A stretch of 64,000 nucleotides of DNA from Pirellulaceae bacterium (GTDB lineage Bacteria > Planctomycetota > Planctomycetia > Pirellulales > Pirellulaceae): NCBI GenBank assembly GCA_963781095.1, contig CAWAEA010000013.1:79081-143080 (forward strand), read 5' to 3'. Shown piece after piece: positions 29,920 through 39,713 of this stretch (positions within the stretch are counted from its first letter, which is position 1; the number at the start of each line of letters is the position of its first letter). The position numbers were made by a program, and so were the translations under genes. Below the pieces are notes generated by a model. That model saw nothing but the letters and a program-made list of their open reading frames with translations, did no database searches and had not been told where the DNA came from.

Positions 29920-30657
29920 CTACGCGAACGCAACGGCCGACTCGCAACAGGTTCGGGCATCGAGCGTCGCCATGTACCGGCACGGTAGCACACGGCGGAC
30001 TCGGACCGGACGATTGAGGGCCCCCTCCGCGATCCGCTTGAACTCGTCCGCGGTGAACGATGCGCGAACGCTTGACTTGGCGTCATGATGCACGATCGGG
30101 GATCGCGAAAGTGCGTGGGCACCGATCGACACCAAACCCAAGTTCAATCGCGATCGATCCAAGTCACAAATCAAAATGCCGTCCTCGGCCGTCGCTTGCA
30201 TCGACTGCAGCAGTCGCACCACTTGCAAATCCGTTAGATGGTGCATGAATAACGAACACGTGATCAAATCGTACCCGAGTGGCAAGTGACCGGCGATGCA
30301 ATCCAGCTCGATTGAGCGGATTGAAACACCGGCTTCGGCAGCCCGTCGTTGCTGTTCGGCGATCGCCAACGAACTGATGTCAACCGCGGTGATTTGCATA
30401 GCGATGCCCTCTTTTGCCGCGCGCCTCGCCCACTCAATGGGAACATCGCCGCCGCCGCTGGCGACGTCCAAAACTCTCAAGGGACGTCCGCTTCGCGCGA
30501 TCGCGTCGCGGCGCAGGTGACGGTACATCGCCGCTGCGATACCGGTGTAACGATTCAACCTCGCCAATCCCGCCAGAGCAGCGATGTGTTCATCGTCGGA
30601 CAAACCGGGCTGGTCCATCCACTCGGGTTGAAGATTGCGTTTCATCATGAGGGGCAT
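29920..30657 (-). CDS. Class I SAM-dependent methyltransferase
   Basis: PEWMDQP, VLDVASGGGD, CSLFMHHL; start overlaps the lgt stop (TAATG). Confidence 0.9.
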   Translation of the reverse strand: MPLMMKRNLQPEWMDQPGLSDDEHIAALAGLARLNRYTGIAAAMYRHLRRDAIARSGRPLRVLDVASGGGDVPIEWARRAAKEGIAMQITAVDISSLAIAEQQRRAAEAGVSIRSIELDCIAGHLPLGYDLITCSLFMHHLTDLQVVRLLQSMQATAEDGILICDLDRSRLNLGLVSIGAHALSRSPIVHHDAKSSVRASFTADEFKRIAEGALNRPVRVRRVLPCRYMATLDARTCCESAVAFA

Positions 30658-31949
30658 TAACGGTTCGGTGTCGATTCCGAGCCCAGAGCCGAGGTGGACG
30701 AGGTGCGATGGATGATGACAAGTCCGGCCACGGAAAACCAAAACACGAAAATGCTAACCCACTGGGAAATCGAAAGGCTGGTGCCAAATTGACCCGCTTC
30801 GTCTACTCGAATCCATTCCATTCCAAACCGCAAGACCGCATACGACGCGAAACCGATCATCATGATCGTTCCATCGCGGAATGGAATGAGCGAGAGCGCA
30901 CACAGGGATAGGCATAGCAGAAGCGCACCGACACTGCTGATCGCTTGCGCGGGTTGGACCGGCAACGCGCGCATCGGCAACTCGTTAGCCGACCATCGAT
31001 GTCGGCGTCCGTCAACCGTCACCACGACGCCGGTCTGTACGTCCTCCGCGGGGATGGCACGAGACGTCTCCGCGAGTCTGGTCTGATCGTTGCTGATTTG
31101 ATCCAGACGCTGGCCGACGCTAATGCCCGCCTCGTCCGCCAGCGACCCCGAACGCACGTTGACGATTTCGCGAGTCGTTGAATCATAAGCGAAACCCAAT
31201 AATTGGCCATCGTAAAGTTGATCCTGGTACACCTTCGAACCCGGCGGGAAGTGCAACGTCATCGGGCCCTCCTCGCATCGTCCTCCGTAACAGCAACCGT
31301 TCATCACGCAACCGATGCGACCAAAGAACACTCCAAGAAACATGCACGGAACGATCACGTCACCAAACTTGAGCACCGGTAATCGATTCCGCATCAAAAA
31401 GTAAGTGACCGCCAGCGATCCACCGATGAATGAGCCGTACACGACTAAACCGCCTTCGGTGAATTTCAACATGTTGGCGACCGTCTGCATCCAGGTGTCC
31501 GCGATGAATTGGTCGCGATACTGGACGACAAAGAACGCACGGCGCGCAAAGATGCCTCCGAAAAAAGCCCACGGTGCCATCGAATAAATCAGATCGGGAT
31601 CCAATCCGGCGCGTTTGGCTCGATAGCCCGCCAAGGCGACCGCGGATCCCACCGCCAACAACAACATCACTCCGTAACCGCGAATCGCCATGCCGACCGG
31701 TTCGCCATCGAGATTGTTCAATTCCACCATCGGCAACAGGAAAACGACCGCAATTGCGGCGGTGGCCCAAACCAACCCTTCGGTGGCAGCAACTTTCGTG
31801 ATCGCTTGAACCCATGTCAACCGTTGGTGAAACCGCGCGACGATCAGCCGGACGATCAATCCGATCGCCAGGGCAATCAACAACCAACCCATACCGAACA
31901 CCGTCAAACCGGCGATTTCGTGAGGAATCATTAACAGCGTTCGTCGCAT
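30657..31949 (-). CDS. lgt: Prolipoprotein diacylglyceryl transferase with PDZ-like insertion
   Basis: IRGYGVM, GGLVVYGSFIGG, GRIGCVMNGCCYG, YAVLRFGMEWIR. Confidence 0.9.
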   Translation of the reverse strand: MRRTLLMIPHEIAGLTVFGMGWLLIALAIGLIVRLIVARFHQRLTWVQAITKVAATEGLVWATAAIAVVFLLPMVELNNLDGEPVGMAIRGYGVMLLLAVGSAVALAGYRAKRAGLDPDLIYSMAPWAFFGGIFARRAFFVVQYRDQFIADTWMQTVANMLKFTEGGLVVYGSFIGGSLAVTYFLMRNRLPVLKFGDVIVPCMFLGVFFGRIGCVMNGCCYGGRCEEGPMTLHFPPGSKVYQDQLYDGQLLGFAYDSTTREIVNVRSGSLADEAGISVGQRLDQISNDQTRLAETSRAIPAEDVQTGVVVTVDGRRHRWSANELPMRALPVQPAQAISSVGALLLCLSLCALSLIPFRDGTIMMIGFASYAVLRFGMEWIRVDEAGQFGTSLSISQWVSIFVFWFSVAGLVIIHRTSSTSALGSESTPNR

Positions 31950-32203
31950 GTCATCAGTCGCCGAAGAGGCGGTCTAAGAGATAGGGGTCGGTCAGGCGGG
32001 CGACTCAGCATTTTCGACTGGTCCAAGCAGTTGATCTGGACTGGGTCCGCATTCCTTTTCTACGCTGAGAACACCATGACCGTCCAGGTCGCCCCGCAGC
32101 TCGTCGAATAAACTTACGTCATTTGATCTTGTTTTGCGAAGTCTCGTTGCGAAGTCCGGTGCGGCCCCGCAAAATTCGATTTTCATTCATCGGAGTCCAT
32201 TTG

Positions 32204-32968
32204 ATGCTGACGTCACGACCGATCCCCTGTGCTCCCCCATGGCGTTTCGCATTGTTTCTGGCATTGTTTCTCGGACCTGGGATGGAGATGGCAAATGCCC
32301 AGTCGGTTCCTTTTTGCGTCAGCGTAAAGACTTTCGTGGGCTCCTCGGTGCAACCGGCGGCTGAGAATCGAATCGTTTTCGACAATGGTTTGGTCTACGA
32401 GTTGCCTCAATTGGACCCGTCGACTCTCACGCTCTACGACCCCTCGCAAGGTCTGGTGACGCTATTGGATCGGACAAACCAAGTCCAATCGGTGGTCCGC
32501 ATTGATGATCTTGTTACCGCAACGGCACAAGCCCGAGCGGCAGCCGATACCGATGAAAAACGAGAGCAGATCGGCCTCAACGCACGCGTGCGGACCAGCG
32601 ATCGAATGATCGGATACTCGATCGAGTTCGGCGGCGCCGTCTATCATACGTCGACTCAAAAACCTTCGAGTTCGAGCATGGCATCGGAGTTCGGCCGACT
32701 CTCGGATCTGGCCGCCCGCGTCAACTTGGTCAGACGACATCCCTTGCCCCCGTTTGCTCGGATGACCTTGAACGACCGGATCACCTCCGCGGGCGAAATC
32801 CCCCTCGAAACCACGCTCTCGTTGACGCGAGGTGATCGCACCGACGAGTATCGCTCCGTCATGACCATTGGTGAAATCACGCCCGCCGATCAAACGGCCA
32901 TGAAAGAAGTTCAAGGCATGATGACGCTGTACAAAAACGTCGCTCTCGTGGATTTCCCCAGCGAGTAG
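32204..32968 (+). CDS. Secreted hypothetical protein
   Basis: Signal-peptide-like N-terminus (ANA|Q), GGAG RBS. Confidence 0.7.
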   Translation: MLTSRPIPCAPPWRFALFLALFLGPGMEMANAQSVPFCVSVKTFVGSSVQPAAENRIVFDNGLVYELPQLDPSTLTLYDPSQGLVTLLDRTNQVQSVVRIDDLVTATAQARAAADTDEKREQIGLNARVRTSDRMIGYSIEFGGAVYHTSTQKPSSSSMASEFGRLSDLAARVNLVRRHPLPPFARMTLNDRITSAGEIPLETTLSLTRGDRTDEYRSVMTIGEITPADQTAMKEVQGMMTLYKNVALVDFPSE

Positions 32969-33032
32969 ATTTTGCATTAAACTGCGGTGGTTTCACGCAA
33001 TCGTTCCTCGACCGTACCAGAGATCCACCGCA

Positions 33033-34992
33033 ATGACCGACCCCTCCGGCCAGATTGATCACGTCTTGATCGAAGACCGCAAATTTCCGCCATCGGCGGA
33101 GTTTACCAAGCGGGCGGTGTTCTCGACGCAAGCCCAGTACGACCAAGCGTACGCCGAAGCTCGTGATGATCGCGATGGATTTTGGAAAGCCGAAGCGAAC
33201 GAACATCTGCATTGGTTCAAACCCTTTGGCGACGTGTGCCAGTGGAAAGCCCCGCATGCTAAATGGTTCGTCGGAGGTCATACGAACGCCAGCTACAATT
33301 GCCTCGACCGAAACATCGATGCCGGACGGGGCGACAAAGCGGCAATCATTTGGGAGGGTGAACCCGGCGAAACCCGCACCCTGACCTACAAAGAATTGCG
33401 ATCCGAGGTCGCCAAGTGTGCGGCGGCGCTGGACCAGTTGGGGATCAAGGCGGGCGATGTGGTCAGCATGTACATGCCGATGACCCCCGAGTTGCCGATC
33501 GCAATGCTGGCGTGCGCACGAATCGGTGCCGTGCACTCGCGTCATTTTCGCCGGCTTCAGCGCCGAATCGATTGCCGATCGCAACAACGACGCCGGCGCA
33601 AAACTGATCATCACGTCGGACGGACTCTATCGCCGTGGAAAAGTTTACCGCTCAAAGAAACGGTTGACGAAGCGTTCGCCAAATCGCCCACGGTCAAACA
33701 TTGTTTGGTGCTGCGTCGAACGGGTGCGAAGAAAATGTTCCGATGACCGACCGGCGCGATCGGTGGTGGCACGATGTGGTCGATTCCCAGTCCGATGATT
33801 TTCCGGCCGTTCCGCTCGACAGCGAATCGCCGTTGTTCATTCTGTACACGTCCGGCAGCACCGGAAAACCGAAGGGCATTCTGCACACGACCGCCGGCTA
33901 CAACTTGTGGGCCAAACGCACGTTCGAGTGGGTCTTTGATCATCGCGACGATGATATCTATTGGTGCACGGCTGATTGCGGATGGATTACCGGACACAGT
34001 TACATCGTGTACGGGCCACTCGCGGCCGGCGCGACGTGCTTGATGTACGAAGGCGCGCCGAATCATCCCGAAGAAAATCGATTTTGGGACTTGGTCGAAA
34101 AGTACAAGGTCACCATCTGTATACCGCGCCCAACGCGGTTCGCGCCTTCATCAAGTGGGGCGACCATCACGTCGAAAAGCATGATCTTTCATAGTTGAGA
34201 CTGCTCGGCAGCGTCGGCGAAGGTATCAATCCGGAAGCCTGGATGTGGTATCACAAAAAAATCGGCGGCGAGCGTTGTCCAATTGTGGATACGTGGTGGC
34301 AAACGGAAACGGGCGGCATCATGATGAGTCCGTTGCCGGGAATCACCGAGACGAAGCCCGGGTCATGCACGACGCCGCTGCCCGGCGTGATGCCGGTGAT
34401 CGTCGACGAAGCGGGCAACGTGGTGGATGCACAGCATGGTGGAATGTTGTGCATTGCCGAGCCCTGGCCGGGAATGCTCCGAGGAATCTGCGGTGATCAG
34501 CCACGCTTCGTCGAACAGTACTGGTCGATGGTGCCGGGCAAGTATCTCACCGGCGACAATGCCCGCAAAGATGACGACGGTTACTACTGGATCATGGGTC
34601 GGATCGATGACGTGATCAACGTCTCGGGACACCGACTCAGCACGATCGAAGTCGAAAGTGCATTGGTCAGCCACGAAGCCGTTTGTGAAGCCGCGGTGGT
34701 GGGACGCCACGACGATTTAAAGGGTCAAGCGATCGCCGCGTTTGTCACGATCCGCGATCGCGAACCGAGCGATGAGCTTCGCAATGAATTGAAGATGCAC
34801 GTTCGAAAGCAGATCGGCGCACTGGCCCAGCCCGATGACATTCGATTCGCGGCAACGCTGCCAAAAACTCGAAGCGGAAAGATCATGCGTCGCTTGCTCC
34901 GCGACGTCGCCTCAGGCCGCGAAGTTATCGGTGACACGTCAACGCTCGAAGACCTATCCGTGTTGGCAAAGCTTGGTGAGGACGAAGCGTGA
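33033..34992 (+). pseudogene. acs: Acetyl-CoA synthetase disrupted by ~4 frameshifts and an in-frame TAG (34192-34194); true pseudogene or consensus errors
   Basis: Pieces across frames: [73 protein letters not shown]. Confidence 0.85.
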
Positions 34993-35009
34993 CGGTTTCG
35001 CTGGGGCTG

Positions 35010-35218
35010 GTAAGAACGTCTTGTAGAAGCTTTCGGTGTAACCTTTTTCGGTGCGCGGGCGTCCCGCCCGCCGAATTGCCGAAAGCGGGCGAGACGCCCG
35101 CGAACCGTTTTGCCCCTCTTTCGGTTTTCGGTTTTCGGTGCGCGGGCGTTCCTCCCGCCGAATTGCCGAAAGCAGGCGGGACGCCCGCGAACCGTTTTGC
35201 CCAATGATTTTCGGCGAT
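35010..35218. repeat. Dispersed REP-like palindromic element with two tandem hairpin units
   Basis: GCGCGGGCGTCCCGCCCGC...GCGGGCGAGACGCCCGCG twice; homologous to 47799-47920 in inverted orientation. Confidence 0.85.
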
Positions 35219-35293
35219 GTGCTTAACAGTTTCGGTGTGACGCAACGAAAAGTCTGCGGAGGGTCCAATCCGTTTCGATCGGATGAGCCATTT

Positions 35294-36781
35294 TTAGTTG
35301 CTCTGCTCGGCAAGTCTTTTTGCTCGGTTAGCGATTTTTAAAAATTGTTCCCGGGTCTTGGAATCGAGGTTTGATTTGTCAATTTGTTTCAATTGCTTGA
35401 TGGCGGCGATCGGATCGGCGGGATCCGAACTCAAATACAGGCTTGCGATACGAATTCGCCATTGGGGTGCGTGAGCGGGATAGGCATCGCTTCCGATGGC
35501 GAGTAGGGTCCGCGCTGGCTTGATCTGCTGGCCAGCAATCAAACCCTCGGCCAAACGACCGAGCGAGCTCGGCAGGATGATGAAACTGGGATCGAGTTTC
35601 CGTTCGGATGCAAACAATCGCACTGCGGCGACATACGCCTTCTCCAACATCATGCCGTCGATCTCGCTGCGAACTTGGGCGATCGGATCGACAAGAACGG
35701 ACCCATCGTCAAATTCAGGCAACTCGAGATCGAGCTCAAAAAGGTTAGACTGGTCGGCGATCACATTTTTCTGGAATGCTTGCGGCGTTGATTCGTTGGA
35801 CGAGACTGATGCAGGCGGCGCGAGTGGTGATTGGGTCGCGGGTTCACGGGCCACCGTTTTCATGGGTTGGACGCTGAGTTGGTGCGGCATTTTCGGGATC
35901 ACCGCGAGTGGCGGCCCCGTCGGGCGGAGCGAATCAAGGTGGTCGGCCCTTTCTTGCTGCTCACGTCGGGCAACCGCTTTGGCCTTGTAGGGCCTCCCAC
36001 CCCAAATCGAGAGTAAATCGTAGCCCTCGCAATCGACCCATCCTTGGGTGAGCAACGCGAATCCGCAGAAGCCGCCGACCAGGAAACCATTTAAGTGCAG
36101 CATCTCGCTGCTTAGCGGCATGCCCATCAACCAAAACATGAAAACTTCTTTGGCCACGAACATCGCGCACACCGTCGAGATCGCCCACTCGCGTACTCCG
36201 CCGTCCGATGCCGACACGAAGAGGCTCCAACGAAAGTAGACGTCAAAGTGGTTGCTGGGTGCCCACATCACGCACACCGCCAACAACCCGAAGATCACCG
36301 CCGACGCCCCGAGTGATCCAAAACCCTCTTGCATCAAGTCTTTACGCCACTGTTTTTTTAATTCGGCTTTGACGTCGTCGTCCATTGGGTTGTCAGGGTC
36401 ATTGAACATCTCGACCATCGCTTCGGCATCCCCGCCGGTGTCGTACGGCAACATCATCGTTTGCTGAGTGAATCCTTGAATGCCGCCGATCGCTAGGTAG
36501 AGGACCAGCATTTTCAAAGGACCGATCTTGCCTTCGACCACCATCCCAAACGGGAACAAGAACAGCATGTTTCCGATCAAGTGGAAGAGACCCATGTGCA
36601 GATAGTTGTGGGTAATCCACTGCAACGGGTGGTAGCCATCGCCGAATGCCAAAACCCATGGCGTGACGTCGAACCCCGTCGCAGCGACAGCCCAATGAAC
36701 GACGACGTTGATGATCACCATCAATGAAGTCACGATCGGATAGTGGTAGAGCGGGGCGTCAGTACCGTAGATGAAAAACAT
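35294..36781 (-). CDS. Rhomboid family intramembrane serine protease with long C-terminal domain
   Basis: YLHMGLFHLIGNMLFL, catalytic GASA, HLNGFLVG. Confidence 0.9.
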   Translation of the reverse strand: MFFIYGTDAPLYHYPIVTSLMVIINVVVHWAVAATGFDVTPWVLAFGDGYHPLQWITHNYLHMGLFHLIGNMLFLFPFGMVVEGKIGPLKMLVLYLAIGGIQGFTQQTMMLPYDTGGDAEAMVEMFNDPDNPMDDDVKAELKKQWRKDLMQEGFGSLGASAVIFGLLAVCVMWAPSNHFDVYFRWSLFVSASDGGVREWAISTVCAMFVAKEVFMFWLMGMPLSSEMLHLNGFLVGGFCGFALLTQGWVDCEGYDLLSIWGGRPYKAKAVARREQQERADHLDSLRPTGPPLAVIPKMPHQLSVQPMKTVAREPATQSPLAPPASVSSNESTPQAFQKNVIADQSNLFELDLELPEFDDGSVLVDPIAQVRSEIDGMMLEKAYVAAVRLFASERKLDPSFIILPSSLGRLAEGLIAGQQIKPARTLLAIGSDAYPAHAPQWRIRIASLYLSSDPADPIAAIKQLKQIDKSNLDSKTREQFLKIANRAKRLAEQSN

Positions 36782-37117
36782 GGTCTCGCGATGGTTCCTC
36801 GTCCGATTGCACGTTCGATAAAAATGTCACGTTCGTTGAGTTGCGACGGATGAAGGGCCCAGCATAGCTTGCTCAACCGCCCGGTTGGGGATATCCAAGC
36901 TCCCATGGCTTCCATGCGGGTAGCTGATTTTGACATGTAGAAAAATCGGCATGATCGTGATCACAGTCAAATTCGATCACTACAAGCTGCAACACGAGAG
37001 ATCTTTCGGGTGGACTGGTAAAAACTTTCGATCCAATCAGCGATGGAGGTGACTTACGACCTACTGTTCCGATAGGGCACAATTCTATCTCAATTCCTTC
37101 GAACGTATTTAAGCCTT

Positions 37118-38371
37118 ATGGGCCAGGATAAGGTTTCAGTATCGGTCGACCAATTGACGGTCGGTGTGACATGCAGTCAGCCAATCGTTTCGGATACAGG
37201 CCTGTTGTTGCTCGGCGCCAACACACGGATCACTCAACAGGTGATTACGGGGCTACGGGAGCGAGGCATCGGCTCGATATCGGTCGATCCTCGGGATTTG
37301 GCGATGTTTCGGGGAGAACCGGCGCCGTCTTGGTTACCCAGACGTGATCGCATCAAAGAGAGCCGTTGGGATGCCAAGCGACCCGTTCGTGATCAGTTGA
37401 TCGATCGGCACGACGAGCATCTGAGCTCGCAACGTGCCGCCCAATTGGCGTCACACGTCAGCGTGGCAAAACGAACGATGAACCGATTTCGTGACCAAAT
37501 GATGGAGAAGTCCGTTCGCTCGGTCTCAAGCTTTATCGAACTTTCAGAATTGTATGTGCTTTCGATGGTGGATGATCTTGATCACACCGTGGGATCGATG
37601 TCGATGGAATTGGCGATCGACGGGCCGGTCGAACGATCGTTGAAGCTGGCGGTATTGGGCATGTCCGTCGCGTGCGAGATGGGATTGAGCGGCGTGCAAA
37701 CGATCGAAGTCGGGATGGCGGGCTTGCTCCACGACGCTTCATTGGATGTGATGGATTCGGTCTACCGATCACCGATCGAATTGTTGAACGAGGCTCAACG
37801 ATGGGAGTATCAGAAGCACCCTCTGATGTCCGCAAAATTCGTCCAGAGTATGATGGAAATCTCACCCAACGTCACAATGGCGATCGAGCAGGTTCACGAA
37901 CAGTTTGATGGCTCCGGTTTCCCTCGCGGTGTGCGAGCTCAGCGAATTCATTTGTACGCTCGAATCCTAAACGTCGTTGATGCGTACCTTCAATTGACGA
38001 TGGCCAATTCGCATCGCGGTTCAATCATCGCGCACGATGCGCTCGGGTTGTTGCTGCATCGAGCGGGAAGAGGCTTGTTCGACCCCCAAGTGATTCGAGC
38101 GTTTCTGAATGTCGAGTCGCTCTTTCCGCTGGGCAGCCATGTCGAATTGGATAACGGCCAACTGGCGAAAGTCATTCGGCGACCCAAGAACGGGTACGCC
38201 GCGCCCGTCGTCGAAACCGTCGAAGGGGATCGCATCGATCTGGAACTGGCCAAGACAAAGATAATCGGACCCACCGCCGCTGGCCAAGATCAAGCGATTC
38301 GAATCAGCCAGCTCGTCATGCAGGCATGCGATTGGAACCCCGCTTGTGATTCGATGCTGAATCTTTACTAG
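37118..38371 (+). CDS. HD-GYP domain protein (cyclic dinucleotide phosphodiesterase family)
   Basis: GLLHDA, HP, HEQFDGSGFPRG, ARILNVVDAY, FDPQV. Confidence 0.88.
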   Translation: MGQDKVSVSVDQLTVGVTCSQPIVSDTGLLLLGANTRITQQVITGLRERGIGSISVDPRDLAMFRGEPAPSWLPRRDRIKESRWDAKRPVRDQLIDRHDEHLSSQRAAQLASHVSVAKRTMNRFRDQMMEKSVRSVSSFIELSELYVLSMVDDLDHTVGSMSMELAIDGPVERSLKLAVLGMSVACEMGLSGVQTIEVGMAGLLHDASLDVMDSVYRSPIELLNEAQRWEYQKHPLMSAKFVQSMMEISPNVTMAIEQVHEQFDGSGFPRGVRAQRIHLYARILNVVDAYLQLTMANSHRGSIIAHDALGLLLHRAGRGLFDPQVIRAFLNVESLFPLGSHVELDNGQLAKVIRRPKNGYAAPVVETVEGDRIDLELAKTKIIGPTAAGQDQAIRISQLVMQACDWNPACDSMLNLY

Positions 38372-38413
38372 TCCCCAGCGGACCGAAAGGACTTGGCGGA
38401 CCAATAAGTCGGG

Positions 38414-39679
38414 GTGAACAAATCAAGCCAAACCTCGTATGATGGAAACCTCGGTTCGTCGATCTCACGGGAAGTTGGAGTTCACTCCATGCGGTTACCA
38501 TCACTTCTATTTTTACTGTCACTGGGGATGATGACTCTCCACGACGCTGGCTTCGTTCTCGCCGATGCCGGGTCGATCGACGAGGTCGAGACGTACAACC
38601 GTGGGATTCAAAAATACGATCGCGGCCAATGGGCGGAAGCCGGTGAGATGTTTGCGCGGGTCTCGGCCTCCACGGACTCGTCGCTTGCCGCAAAAGCCCG
38701 ATACAATCATGGAAATTCGTACTACGCCCAGGCGGTCCAGGCGATTCGCAATCAATCGGAATCTGATCCACCGGTAGGATCTGAATCGGAGCCGGGACCC
38801 ACGCTGGAAAAGGCCGAGATCGTGGAAAAATTGCGGTCAGCGATCGTTCACTACCGCAGCGGTTTACGTCTGGATCCCTCGGACGACGACGCTCGCGCTG
38901 ATATCGAGTCAGCCGCCAGACTTATCCAGATGCTTCAACAGCCCGATCCTCCCAAGTCCGATTCGCAACCATCGGACGATCAACCATCGGACGATCAACC
39001 ATCGGACGATCAACCATCAGGCGATCAACCATCAGGCGATCAACCATCAGGCGATCAGTCGTCAGGAGATCAGTCTTCGAAAGGTGAATCGACAAAGGAG
39101 AGCGAGTCGAGTCCACAGCAGTCTGACGAGCCGACGCAGAGCGAATCCGAGGGCTCGACTGAACAATCGGACGATGCGAAACCGCAAGACTCGCCGGAGA
39201 GGTCGTCGGAACGATCATCGGAAAATGAGCCGAGCGAGTCGGCGCAACCCTCCGATGAGGATCCATCCCAATCCCAACAAGAATCGGCTGGTGAGAACCA
39301 ATCCGATCAATCGAGCGAGAGCCCACCTGCTAAGACGCCGAGTTCTTCGTCACCGTCGGATGCTTCGCCGGGCCAAAATGAGGAACCTGGGGACGCTCCG
39401 AACGATCAATCTGAAGCTGACGAAAATCAAACGGGTGACGAGAGCCGTTCCGAACAGGGCGGTACCAAACGGGGTGAGTTGACAACGTCTGATCAGGCCG
39501 ACAAGGATGAAGATGGAACACCGGTCGGGATCGCCGGCGACGGAGACCAGGCTAGCGAAATGACAATTCAGGAAGCTCGGAAGATGTTGCAAGCCATTCG
39601 CGACCGCGACATGCTGCGTCGGTTTCGACAGCGTGAAGAGGCGCGACACCGACGGATACCGGTCGATCGTGACTGGTGA
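38414..39679 (+). CDS. BatC-like TPR protein with acidic low-complexity linker
   Basis: YNRG/ARYNHGN TPRs, QPSDD repeats, C-terminal 'EARKMLQAI...PVDRDW'. Confidence 0.8.
   Translation: MNKSSQTSYDGNLGSSISREVGVHSMRLPSLLFLLSLGMMTLHDAGFVLADAGSIDEVETYNRGIQKYDRGQWAEAGEMFARVSASTDSSLAAKARYNHGNSYYAQAVQAIRNQSESDPPVGSESEPGPTLEKAEIVEKLRSAIVHYRSGLRLDPSDDDARADIESAARLIQMLQQPDPPKSDSQPSDDQPSDDQPSDDQPSGDQPSGDQPSGDQSSGDQSSKGESTKESESSPQQSDEPTQSESEGSTEQSDDAKPQDSPERSSERSSENEPSESAQPSDEDPSQSQQESAGENQSDQSSESPPAKTPSSSSPSDASPGQNEEPGDAPNDQSEADENQTGDESRSEQGGTKRGELTTSDQADKDEDGTPVGIAGDGDQASEMTIQEARKMLQAIRDRDMLRRFRQREEARHRRIPVDRDW
38960..39072 (+). repeat. Coding 15-bp tandem repeat (QPSDD/QPSGD, ~7 copies)
   Basis: CAACCATCGGACGAT / CAACCATCAGGCGAT units. 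Confidence 0.9.
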
Positions 39680-39713
39680 TCGTGACCGGGCTGTAAGTTT
39701 TGGTTTGAGGGAG

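Noticed and set aside
35010-35218. Tandem palindromes as a CRISPR array, and the 'AGETPA'-type ORFs over them
   Set aside because: Units are ~70-bp hairpins without unique spacers; the ORFs are by-products of the repeat
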